Source: Eledone cirrhosa
Taxonomy: Eukaryota
Direction of reading: 5' to 3'
DNA length: 64,000 nt
Assembly: GCA_964016885.1 (NCBI GenBank)
Contig: OZ024740.1
Coordinates: 290,346,001 to 290,410,000, forward strand
Positions 1 through 9,488 of this stretch are shown here, piece by piece. The notes beneath the pieces are model-generated. The model was given only the letters and a program-made list of their open reading frames with translations, was not told the origin of the DNA and made no database searches. How positions within the stretch are numbered: the stretch's first letter is position 1; every line of letters starts with the position of its first letter. The position numbers and the translations under genes are program-made.

Positions 1-328
1 TTGATTTTTGTATGAATATTTTTTAAAATTATTATTATTGGTAGCATTGCTGCAGCCGCATTTATGATATTTTTATTAATATCAGTGTTGTCTTTGTTGT
101 TTAATGACATACTCAGAGGAGGGAGAGCAGCGCATATGACACTTTTCAGAGCTCCGAACTAAGGGGAGCAAGGAAACGGTCTTTAAGCCTGGGACTTGAC
201 CCGAATACTTGCAATCAAAATAGACAGCGTATAACACACCAAAGATCCAGGTGCTGGTGCTAAGACGGCCGACGGATTAAGTGCACCAATCTAATCCCAT
301 GATTGAGCAGCCCTGTTTTTAAAGAAGT

Positions 329-367
<39 letters not shown>
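329..367. repeat. (CT)n microsatellite, abutting the 3' end of the minus-strand SINE
   Basis: Direct reading: tctctctctttctctctc... run. Confidence 0.95.
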
Positions 368-368
<1 letters not shown>

Positions 369-370
<2 letters not shown>

Positions 371-615
371 TCGATCGACAGGATCCCAGATCTCATACAC
401 TTACCGAGTGGGGTGGAACTCATCAAATCGGACCAAGAAAACAACGTTTCTATTGGTTTTTCAATTGGTGATACTATCTACTGTTTGCAACTCCTTGTAG
501 ACGTGAAGTAAAGTGTCTTGCTCAAACACGTAGCTCATCGCCCGGTCCGGGAATTGAACTGGCAAGCGCCAGCTTGAGAATCCAATTCCCTAACCACTAA
601 GCCATGGACCTTCAC
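369..615 (-). mobile_element. tRNA-derived SINE, family A (CORE-like), copy 1
   Basis: Minus strand reads GTGAAGGTCCATGGCTTAGTGGTTAGG (A box) ... GTTCAATTCCCGGACC (B box) ... TTGAGCAAGACACTTTACTTCACGT (CORE-like). The body aligns by eye with 8434-8650 (ggagttgc..tagatagtat..caattg..ggtccgatttga..gtcgatcg). Confidence 0.85.
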
Positions 616-1214
616 AAAAGAAGTTCTAGTCATAATATATCTAGAACTAGACTATAAATGCATCCAACCTTCTTTAGATAATAATTTAGTTTGAAGAAGA
701 TTTGGCTGCAATATCTATGAAATCTCATGACCATGTACAGGATCGGTTGTTGGCTTGTTATCACATTAGGAGGTGACTGTGGAAAGTACGTGTTATGTCA
801 ATTGCTTTACTGTGATGAAAGCATTTACTGTGATGGAAGATATTCTGCAGAATATCTATCAGGGTGCATATGTTCACCTTTCTGTCTTTGATTATGATAT
901 CTATATCGCACGCTGTGACCCTTTCGTCTATAATGACATGTCCCAGAGATTTCTTACAATGTCTTTAGTACATAATGAACTTAGTGTATTCTCAAACTAT
1001 TTTCAGGTTTCATGTGAAACCTCAGACATATATCCGAATGGACGCTGTCGTCTACTTCGTTATATCAATAGATAGATATACTTTATATTCTTGACAGTCG
1101 GAAATGATGTAGTCTAGTGTTTCTTTCCATTATGTTTAAACTTGATGGTAGTCTCGTATTTTATTATATTATTTTAGTAGCTTTTTTGGCGAGATATTGA
1201 TCTTATGCAGTTAA

Positions 1215-1810
1215 ATCGGATCTTTGGCGGAAAGCGTTCAATGACGGATTAGCGAACTAGTTAAGTAGTAGTTGACGGAACTATCGTCAACAAAGGGTGG
1301 TGGTTCTCTCTGAAAAGATCTATTAGATTAGAATCGATCTGGTTTAGCAATGAAGTAAAGATGACAAATAATAGATTAGAGAAGTAACTTGACAGCAGAT
1401 CAGGACCGAAATACTAGCAGTGAAATAAGTACTTGTCTATCCTTTTGATGAGAAATAAAAAGGTTTCGTTGTCAGATATGCGGAGGGCTCGGGTGGAGGT
1501 GCATGCAATTCGGAGTAGCTAAGCATATGCTGTTTTCTAATTGCATTGTGTCTCAAATACAGTAGATGGTAGCGTGCAAACATGTGTGATTCCTGGTAGG
1601 TCTATCCATGATAACATCCATCTCATGTGATACATCACAGCAAGAGTGAGCAATAAACTTCGCTTCAATGAAGCTCTAATAAATTTGAATCAATCTACAA
1701 TTTTTGATGGGATTAGCGGCTGTTCTCAGTGCATCCAATTTCCGTTCCGTTTCCAGAGGGTGGATCACGTCAACATACAGCATCAACTGCTCGGTGGTCA
1801 GTCTAAGTTA
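1215..1810 (+). pseudogene. Decayed L1/Tx1-clade non-LTR retrotransposon ORF2 fragment (reverse transcriptase N-terminal region)
   Basis: From 1577 the frame reads QTCVIPGRSIHDNIHLM*YITARV...ALINLNQSTIFD, matching the L1/Tx1 RT pattern Q.GF.PGR.I.DN.....LD..KAFD. Downstream RGWITSTYS..CSVV and upstream WWFSLKRSIRLESI also fit ORF2. An internal stop and frameshifts are present. Confidence 0.8.
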
Positions 1811-2510
1811 CCTTGTCGGCATACCCGACCGACGTTAATATGATGGTATTGAACACGAGAGGAAAGAAGGTGGTCAGCGTCATAATGAAGGAATACATTG
1901 TGGTAATAAGATAAATGATTTCACCAAAATTCGGTGGGTTTATAATCGGGCACCTGACGAGGTATGGTTCATTCATATGCAGTTTTTTCTGCAACTGAAA
2001 CTCTAATTTCTTTGGATAATTTCCAATTAATGTAGATAGCAAAGCTGTCATGTATATCGATATAATCTGCCGTGACTTGAGCATCTAGCTCGTATGTGGC
2101 TGAGGGTTCCATTAAATCAACACATGCGGTATTGCTACTTAACGCTACTCTACTGAATACATGGTATTCTACTTAATACTACGGTTCAGTATATCTAGTT
2201 GGGAAAGATTAACCAGGTGCCGCAATTATCAAGCGCTCAGTATATTCTTCGAGTTGTAATTATATTACTAATTGTCCGTGAAAGGGTTTCAGTCCTCCTG
2301 CACGTTCTTATCGATTATTTTCTGTTTCTAAGTTATTTCTATAATTTTTTAACTCCTTTGTTGTATCTACTAATTATGCAATGTATGTGTGTTTAGCTTT
2401 TTCAGGGGTTTGGGGGTGAAGTACGAGGATCGGCTGAAAAGTTCATTATGGAGGAGTGATGCTAGAGCTGTGAAATTTTGCATGCATTAATTTCAACTCT
2501 TCTTATTAAT

Positions 2511-2575
2511 CTGTGACGCTATTATTATCTGTGACGTTATTATTATCTGTGACGCTATTATTATCTGTGACGCTA
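2511..2575. repeat. 18-bp tandem repeat (CTGTGACGYTATTATTAT) x3.6
   Basis: Direct reading; forms the 3' tail of the RTE fragment. Confidence 0.95.
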
Positions 2576-2850
2576 AACTGTGCCAGTCGCAGACTGCGCA
2601 TCAACATGAGAGATTTTTCTCCACAAAGTTTGATCACCAGTAGCAGAGTTTAAAGAGCAAAGATAAAATCCAGTCCATAAGTTGACATTACCAAGCCATC
2701 GCTTTGGCTGCCGGCCTCTGCTTCTCTTACTAGCCAACCTTCCGTCCAAGCATAACCTACTCATACCACGAGTTGATCTTTTTATATGACCGTATAGTTT
2801 GAATACTCTTGACTTGACATTTGACGTAATTGGTCTAAGTTTGCTAAATT
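2511..2850 (-). mobile_element. 5'-truncated RTE-like LINE 3' end with tandem-repeat tail
   Basis: ORF 2573-2764(-) contains GRLASKRSRGRQPKRWLGNV, like the RTE C-terminal G.R.RGRP..RW motif. An 18-bp tail repeat follows the stop, and an 11-bp TSD TTCTTATTAAT lies at 2500-2510 and 2851-2861. Confidence 0.8.
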
Positions 2851-3461
2851 TTCTTATTAATAACTATATTGTTTCTTTCCAGGTATTATGTTGAAAAAAT
2901 AAACCTCACTTGGTCATTCCATGAGAGCATCTTGCTCAGCCTATGGAGTTTTCAGTTGTTCTCTTATTTATTTTGGTTATGTATTTCTGTTTTTCTTTGT
3001 ATATAGAGTGCGGCATTTTGTTTTTGTTGTGTTTAACAATTTCTTTAGTAGAACACTTAGTTCAATTGCCACAGTTTCATACCATACAATGCTGTACAAG
3101 ACCTAGTTTCATTCTCACGGGATATATATAAGATGTGCGTCAGCTTTCGGGTGATGTAGTTTAAATATTAGTACCTTTGTTATTTAATAACACATTAGTT
3201 TTTCATTTTAGCATGTTACGTTGCCGATAATCATTTTTGATAATTTATACATCACTATTGACTTAATGATTCATGAATGCGGTACACAGCATTACGCCCA
3301 TTTTTATTGTCTTTCCAACTAGTTAGAAAGTTTCTGTTGGCAGTACGCTAATATTGACTTTTTTCTTCCTTATCAGTAGCTGATTCTTACACAGATAGGA
3401 GATCCTTTAGCAACCATTCTGTACTTGGGCTAGAAGAATATTTTGTCGGTGCGTTGGTATA

Positions 3462-3578
3462 CAAGAGTTGGTTGAAAAGGTCATAGGCTGACCAAGATAC
3501 TCTCATGGACTGACCATATGAGGTATATTTGTCTACACTCCTTCATAGTCAGCCTATGAACTTTTCAGCCACGCCTCG
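3462..3578 (-). mobile_element. 117-bp mariner-type MITE with ~31-bp TIRs and TA target duplication
   Basis: TA|CAAGAGTTGGTTGAAAAGGTCATAGGCTGAC ... GTCAGCCTATGAACTTTTCAGCCACGCCTCG|TA. Subterminal sequence matches 2424-2964 in the opposite orientation. Confidence 0.88.
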
Positions 3579-4419
3579 TATTTTCTTACTTAGAGTCGAA
3601 GTTAGAGTGTTATAGACGTTAGAAAAGCATGTGAGTAGCCCGTAGTATTTAGCCATCTATCATTGTTGTTTTTGCTAGGAGGCTTATTTTCCGTTACACC
3701 AGCCACTCCAGTATATTGGAATAAACACCTGGTTATTATATAAAATCATTTAAGTATATTTTGATGTTGGGCATGCCGATGTTTTGTCCAGCAACTTCTA
3801 ATTCTTGCCGTTCTAGATGGTTTTTAATTGCCTTTTCTTTTCGTGGTCTCTTTTATAGTTTCTGTTGTAGAGTAACTTACCATTTTTGTGATTCCAATTC
3901 ATTTAATTTTTCTTTTGTTAGTTCATTTCTTTTATGGGCTTTCCTAATTTCGAAATCTTTCGTATGTTTTGATACTGGGTGAAATTCTCTATTTCTATTG
4001 ATTTATTCTTTAATTTCATGTAGAGGCTTGGTTTATCGTCTTGAAAGATTTTATTTTGTTTCAATTATTCCGTTTAAATCTCTGTATTCTCTATGCTTTA
4101 CCTTTCACCTGCTGAATTAATATTTCTTTTAAGATTTTAATCTTCTGTTTGCTTTTAATGTGAAGCTTTCTACATAACTTTGTTTTTTGACAATTGACAC
4201 TTTCGTGTGCCACCTTTAAATCTCTATGTAGCTATATCTTTCCTCTGGCGATATATTCCCTGTTGAATATTGTTTCCAAGCAAACTCTATTTTAGGTTTT
4301 CTAACGTTTTTCTCATTTAAACCACAGCTACTCAGGCAACTCCACACGATGAGGTGTACATAATTTAATTTAATATCGATATACCTATTTCCTTTATTTG
4401 ATATATAATTACTTTTGTA

Positions 4420-4540
4420 GGCGGTGTATTGGCAGAGTAATTAGGATGTCGGCTAGAATAGTTTACGGTATTCGTTTCAGTTCACTGCGCTCTGAATTCA
4501 AATCCTACCACGCTCAACTCTGCATTTTTCGAGGTCTATG
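4420..4540 (+). mobile_element. Degenerate SINE, family B (octopus-type)
   Basis: GGCGGTGTATTGGCAGA ... CTGAATTCAAATCCTACC resembles the 5' half of the copies at 9070 and 9274. Confidence 0.6.
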
Positions 4541-4546
4541 ATATAT

Positions 4547-5269
4547 ATCATATACTGAGTTAGAAACTCAAAATAGTCTCTTACAATTAAATAGCTCTAA
4601 GAAAGAAGTTTTTTCTGAGCCGTGTAATATACACGAGAGATAAACATAAATATAAACATAAATGAGTTCGAATTGTAAAGGACCAGGTTTGCTAGCGTGA
4701 AAAAATACTAACTGTAACAGTATGGTTTGCCAGACTTAATTTAAAGTAGTAAATTAAGAAAAAGAATAATAAACCTATATTGGACAACATCCTGAAAACC
4801 CCTAGACAGTTATAGAAACTAGACAGTTATAGAAACTGTTTTGCAAAAATTATATTAAGCGAAGGCATCACCAACTCTCTGCTCATCAGTAGGTGCAAAA
4901 ATTAGCGATCCTTCCACTCCTAAAAATATTAGTAGACTGAATTGTGTGCGATATGAAATAACGCACATGTCTTCGGAGCCTAGCTTGTCTTGAAAACCTA
5001 TGCCGCTAAAAATAGCAGCCTGGTTAACACGACATTAAAATTAGCTCAACATGATGGAGCCCACAATCATATACTGAGTTAGAAACTCAAAATAGTCTCT
5101 TACAATTAAATAGCTCTAAGAAAGAAGTTTTTCTGAGCCGTGTAATATAGTTGAACATACAAGAGAGATAAACACAAATATAAACATACATGTGTTCGAA
5201 TTGTAAAGGACCAGGTTTGCTAGGGTGAACAATACTAACTATAACAATATGGTTTGCCAGAATTAATTT
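4547..5269 (+). repeat. ~200-bp direct duplication (4547-4742 and 5066-5269)
   Basis: ATCATATACTGAGTTAGAAACTCAAAATAGTCTCTTACAATT... through GGTTTGCCAGA.TTAATTT occurs twice, offset about 519 bp. Confidence 0.93.
4802..4837. repeat. 17-bp tandem duplication CTAGACAGTTATAGAAA x2
   Basis: Direct reading. Confidence 0.92.
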
Positions 5270-5432
5270 GTAAACTATAACAACAAACCTTAAACGAGCC
5301 GAAAAGGAAATCTCTATATAGTCATTCAACCTGGTAGAAATAGCAATTGATAAACATGCATTGCATTAAAAGTAATTATATAAATTCGAACACATGTATA
5401 TTTATATTTGTGTTTATCTCTCTTGTATATTC

Positions 5433-5466
<34 letters not shown>

Positions 5467-5631
5467 ATATACAGTATATATATATCCTTCTCCAAAAGAA
5501 GTTGGCTGTGTTCAGATCTGTTGAGAGGGATAATGCTCAAGATACGCCGTCTCCCCTACGACTGTACCAGGAGTTACGGGTCCATATTTATATAATTACC
5601 TTTAATGCATGTTTATCAGTTGCTATTTCTA
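5145..5631. repeat. Two interleaved inverted repeats (5145-5202/5383-5440 and 5335-5385/5586-5631)
   Basis: ATATAGTTGAACATACAAGAGAGATAAACACAAATATAAA pairs with TTTATATTTGTGTTTATCTCTCTTGTATATTCAACTATAT. TAGAAATAGCAATTGATAAACATGCA pairs with TGCATGTTTATCAGTTGCTATTTCTA. Confidence 0.88.
5436..5486. repeat. (TA)n microsatellite
   Basis: Direct reading. Confidence 0.95.
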
Positions 5632-5805
5632 GAATGGTTCTTATTCATCTGATCTCTAAGTCAAACACCAACATAATTTAGGAGGCACACACTTAATAGA
5701 AAGCAATCAGCCATACATATCTAATCTTAAAGAAGGTGAATAACAGGTTTGATGGAGTATTAGACAATTAATTTAGAGTTATGTGTTAGTGTCTCTGAAA
5801 ATAAT

Positions 5806-5992
5806 TGTTTCCACCTTTGGCACAAGGCCAGCAATCAACCAGTGTATTACTGGTACTTTATATTATCGACCCCGTAAGGATGAAAGGCAAAGTTAACCTC
5901 GGCGGGATTTGAACTCAGAATAGCAAGGTTCGTAACTCTATGCGTCAAAGCATGGCGTCCGACCCTCTACCGATACTGCCAATCCACCGCCC
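5806..5992 (-). mobile_element. SINE family B, complete copy with perfect 18-bp TSD
   Basis: Minus strand reads GGGCGGTGGATTGGCAGTATCG...CTGAGTTCAAATCCCGCCGAGGTTAACTTTGCCTTTCATCC...GGCCTTGTGCC. AGTGTCTCTGAAAATAAT flanks it at 5788-5805 and 5993-6010. Confidence 0.92.
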
Positions 5993-6378
5993 AGTGTCTC
6001 TGAAAATAATAACTCAGTTCGAAATAACCTTGTAGTAATAGGTACCATAATATGCTATATAAGTCAGCATTAGAAACAGTAGTAGCACATACATTTATAA
6101 GAGTTTCGCTGAATTGCTGAATTAAGTTCATTTCTTTTTCTTTCGTGAAAATCTTTCTGTGGCAGACCAGCAATTTATTCCTTTCCGGCTCACTATTAAA
6201 AAAAACTGGAGATGAACCCCAGGATAAGTTTATTAACAGCAGCATCAATCGTAATAACAATAGAAACAATTTTTTTGGTTGGCACACAGTCGGGAAAACT
6301 GGACTGGCGTACTACTGGCAATTTTCTATCAACCCCAAATAACAAAATATCATAAGTGATTTCATTTTATTTATGCTA

Positions 6379-6702
6379 TTGATCACACTAAATGACATCA
6401 GTAATAATTATTTCTACTTTTTGGCACAAGGCCAGCAATTACCACTGTACATTACTGGTGCATTATTTTATCATCGACCCCGTTAGGATGAAAGCAAAGT
6501 TAACCTCAGCAGGATTTGAACTCAGAATGTAAAGGACCATAACTCTATGCCGTAAATCATAGAGTTAACCTCCTGCCGAAGTTAACTTTGCCTCTCATCT
6601 TTACAAAGTCGATAAAATAAAGTACCAGTAATGTACTGGGTATTTGCTAGCCTTTGCCAAAAAGTAGAAACAATTATTTCTGATGCCATTTAGTATGATC
6701 AA
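6379..6702. repeat. Fold-back inverted duplication made of two partial family-B SINEs plus shared flank
   Basis: Centre TAACTCTATG-ccgtaaat-CATAGAGTTA (6540-6567). Outer arms TTGATCACACTAAATGACATCAGTAATAATT and AATTATTTCTGATGCCATTTAGTATGATCAA are reverse complements with few mismatches. Confidence 0.88.
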
Positions 6703-6929
6703 ATAAAGGTTTCTTATATTAGCATATGTACGTAATATATTATACTAGAGGGACACACGTTATATTACTGGTATGTATTTTATGGATTCTAGAAAGATAA
6801 GTCGACGCCATTAAGAACTGAACTTAAAAAATAAAAGTGTGAAACGAAATATCACAAGACATTCTATGTTCTCAGCCACTCCACTATTCTAAATAAGAAC
6901 AACAATAAGGATTCATCAATGTGGCTGCT

Positions 6930-7090
6930 AGGTTTAATGGAAATAGCAGTAACACTTCCTCAAACGACGTCCTACTGTCTTAAAAAAGACATTGTATTAT
7001 GTAGTCTCGGGTACAGTATCCATGAGATGGTCATGACTGGAATATCTTTGGACCTTTGGTCATAGGCTTGCTCGATCAAGTTAGACTTAC
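6930..7090 (+). repeat. Fragment of an interspersed repeat (GAAATAGCAG...CCTCAAA...CCTACTGTCTTAAAA), related pieces near 690-760 and 5322-5345
   Basis: Shared AAATAGCA / TTTGGCTGC motif, recognised from memory as a common octopus repeat; family not assigned. Confidence 0.4.
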
Positions 7091-7094
7091 GACA

Positions 7095-7285
7095 AAAAAA
7101 AAAGAAAACCAGAACTGAAGAATGTAATAACAGTAGCAGCAGCTATAAACGAAGAACATTAAAAAAAACAGCAAGAGCAACAGTAATGACAACAAAAACA
7201 ATAACAAGAGAAATGTAAAATAAGCACACAGCAGAAGTACAATAACAACAGCAATGGCAGCCATATTGAAAAAGCAACAGTGACA
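7095..7285. repeat. A-rich degenerate (AAC/AGC) trinucleotide tract
   Basis: Low-complexity aacagtagcagcagc...aataacaacagcaat. Confidence 0.7.
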
Positions 7286-7369
7286 CCAGTGTGGTGTATA
7301 GAAGCAAGGAAAAGTAATTACGTTATCATTGGCTGTTATTACTATTATTAAACATTTTTGGTTGACGTT

Positions 7370-7682
7370 CACACCACCACCATCACCACCACCACCATTA
7401 ACACCACCACCACCATTAACACCATCACCACCATTAACACCACAATCACCATCACCACCACCACCACCACCACCACCACCACCACCATTAACATCACCAT
7501 TAACACCACCATTAACACCACCACCACCAACAACAACACCACCATTAACACCACCACCACCATTAACACCACCACCACCAACAACAACAACACCATCATT
7601 AACACCACCACCACCACTGCCGCTACCACCACCAGAAATACCACCAACAACACCACCACAAACAACGCCACCGCCACCTACT
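7370..7682. repeat. (ACC)n-derived compound repeat with CCACCATTAACA sub-units
   Basis: Direct reading; it produces the Pro-, Thr- and Val-rich ORFs in the track. Confidence 0.92.
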
Positions 7683-7747
7683 GCTACTGTTACAGATGTG
7701 GCTGTATGATATTACCATCTCAGCCGTTGTAGTCAAATGATAATCGT

Positions 7748-8066
<319 letters not shown>

Positions 8067-8299
8067 TTATAGAATTCTTTCTGCCTTTGTTACTCTAAAT
8101 ATAAACTATAGTTTTGAAGAATTACCTTTTAATGAATTCCCTTTTCTATCAACCAATGACCTACACCCATCCCACTCCCTACCCTCTCCTACCACCTGAA
8201 GAGACATATAAATACCATATTTATTTTTTGATACCCAGATTCCTGATGATTTCTAAAGAATGAAACAGTTCAAGTCCTGTAGAATCTCATCTATATTAA

Positions 8300-8387
8300 A
8301 ACTATGTATATATACATATATATGTATATATGTATATCTATATATATGTATATGTTATATATATATGTGTGTGTATGCGTGCGTGTG

Positions 8388-8433
<46 letters not shown>
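8300..8433. repeat. (TA)/(TG) compound microsatellite
   Basis: Direct reading. Confidence 0.93.
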
Positions 8434-8434
<1 letters not shown>

Positions 8435-8650
8435 GAAGTCGTGTGGCTGAGTGGTTAGAGAATTGGATTCGCAATCGTAAGGTTGTGAGTTCGATTCCTG
8501 GACCAGGTGATGCGTTATGTCCTTGAGCAAGACACTTTATTTCACGTTGCTCCTTCTACCTGGAGTTGCGACCGATAGATAGTATTAGCAATTGGAAAGA
8601 CCAACGGAAACATTGTTCCCACGGTCCGATTTGACGAAAGTCGATCGTTC
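8434..8650 (+). mobile_element. tRNA-derived SINE, family A (CORE-like), copy 2
   Basis: GTGGCTGAGTGGTTAG (A box), GAGTTCGATTCC (B box), GTCCTTGAGCAAGACACTTTATTTCAC (CORE-like). Homologous over its length to 369-615(-) and followed by a microsatellite. Confidence 0.88.
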
Positions 8651-8653
8651 CTT

Positions 8654-8691
<38 letters not shown>

Positions 8692-8697
8692 CATATA

Positions 8698-8737
<40 letters not shown>

Positions 8738-8792
8738 TATATGTACATTCATACTTGCACATATATACACTTACACATATACACGCATACAT
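8654..8792. repeat. (TA)n + (TG)n compound microsatellite
   Basis: Direct reading. Confidence 0.95.
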
Positions 8793-8973
8793 GATCACAA
8801 GAAACAATTTCTTGTTTTCCTTTTTCCTTTTTGTCTTTTACTTTCCTCCTCCCCCTTCTCCTCCTTCTATACATCAACTCCTTCCGTCTATACATCAACT
8901 CACCAATCTCTTCTTATTAAATACATTTCATAATATTCCCGCCTCTTTAGCACGAAATAACCACAGTCATCAA

Positions 8974-9061
8974 GTAGCTGTAGCTGCTGCTACTGTTGTT
9001 GATGTTGTCGTTGTTGATACTGTTGCTGTTCTTAAGAGTGATGTTATTATTACTGTTATTC
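8974..9061. repeat. Degenerate NNT trinucleotide tract resembling the 66-bp unit
   Basis: Contains GTTGTTGATGTTGTC and ATTACTGTT, both substrings of the array consensus. Confidence 0.75.
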
Positions 9062-9069
9062 GATGGAGA

Positions 9070-9254
9070 GGGCGGTGGATTGGCAGTATCGCTTGAGGGT
9101 CGGACGCCATGCTTTCCAGCATAGTTATGTCCCTTTACGATCTGAGTTCAAATCCCACCGAGGTTGACTTTGCCTTTCATCCTTACGGGGTCGATAAAAT
9201 AAAGTACCAGTAATGCACTGTGTATTTGCTGGCCTTGTGCCTAAAGTAGAAACA
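9070..9254 (+). mobile_element. SINE family B copy
   Basis: GGCGGTGGATTGGCAGTATCG...CTGAGTTCAAATCCCACCGAGGTTGACTTTGCCTTTCATCC...GGCCTTGTGCCTAAAGTAGAAAC; homologous to 5806-5992. Confidence 0.92.
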
Positions 9255-9273
9255 ATTATTAGTGTTGTTCTTA

Positions 9274-9488
9274 GGGCAGTGGATTGGCAGTAACGGTAGA
9301 GGCTCGGGCACCATGCCGCGATGCATAGAGTTACGGCCCTTGACATTCTGAGTTCAAATGGCGCCGTGGTTAACTTAGCCCATCATGCTTACGGGGTCGA
9401 TAAAATAAAGTACCAGTCACGCACTGATTTCGATTTAATCGACTTTCCCTCCCCCCAAATTACTGGCCTTGTGCCTATATCAGAAACG
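9274..9488 (+). mobile_element. SINE family B copy directly abutting the 66-bp array, with 19-bp TSD-like flanks
   Basis: Same family sequence. ATTATTAGTGTTGTTCTTA (9255-9273) and ATTATTACTGTTGTTCTTA (9489-9507) flank it. Confidence 0.9.

Larger units (their letters stand above)
2424..2964 (+). mobile_element. Tc1/mariner-type non-autonomous element (MITE), split by an RTE insertion
   Basis: TA|CGAGGATCGGCTGAAAAGTTCAT at the left end and a degenerate TCAGCCTATGGAGTTTTCAGTTGTTCTCT|TA at the right end. Both ends match the termini of the element at 3462-3578. Confidence 0.75.

Noticed and set aside
2970-4300. Possible decayed retroelement (Penelope-like) on the minus strand
   Set aside because: T-rich strand bias is suggestive, but I could not read a convincing protein motif.
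7329-7732. Extensin/formin-like Pro-rich ORF and Thr-rich ORF
   Set aside because: Translations of an (ACC)n microsatellite on the strand opposite the mucin-like frame; no splice or domain support.
8434-8510. tRNA gene
   Set aside because: It has A and B boxes but continues into a SINE body shared with 369-615, and I could not form a convincing acceptor stem.
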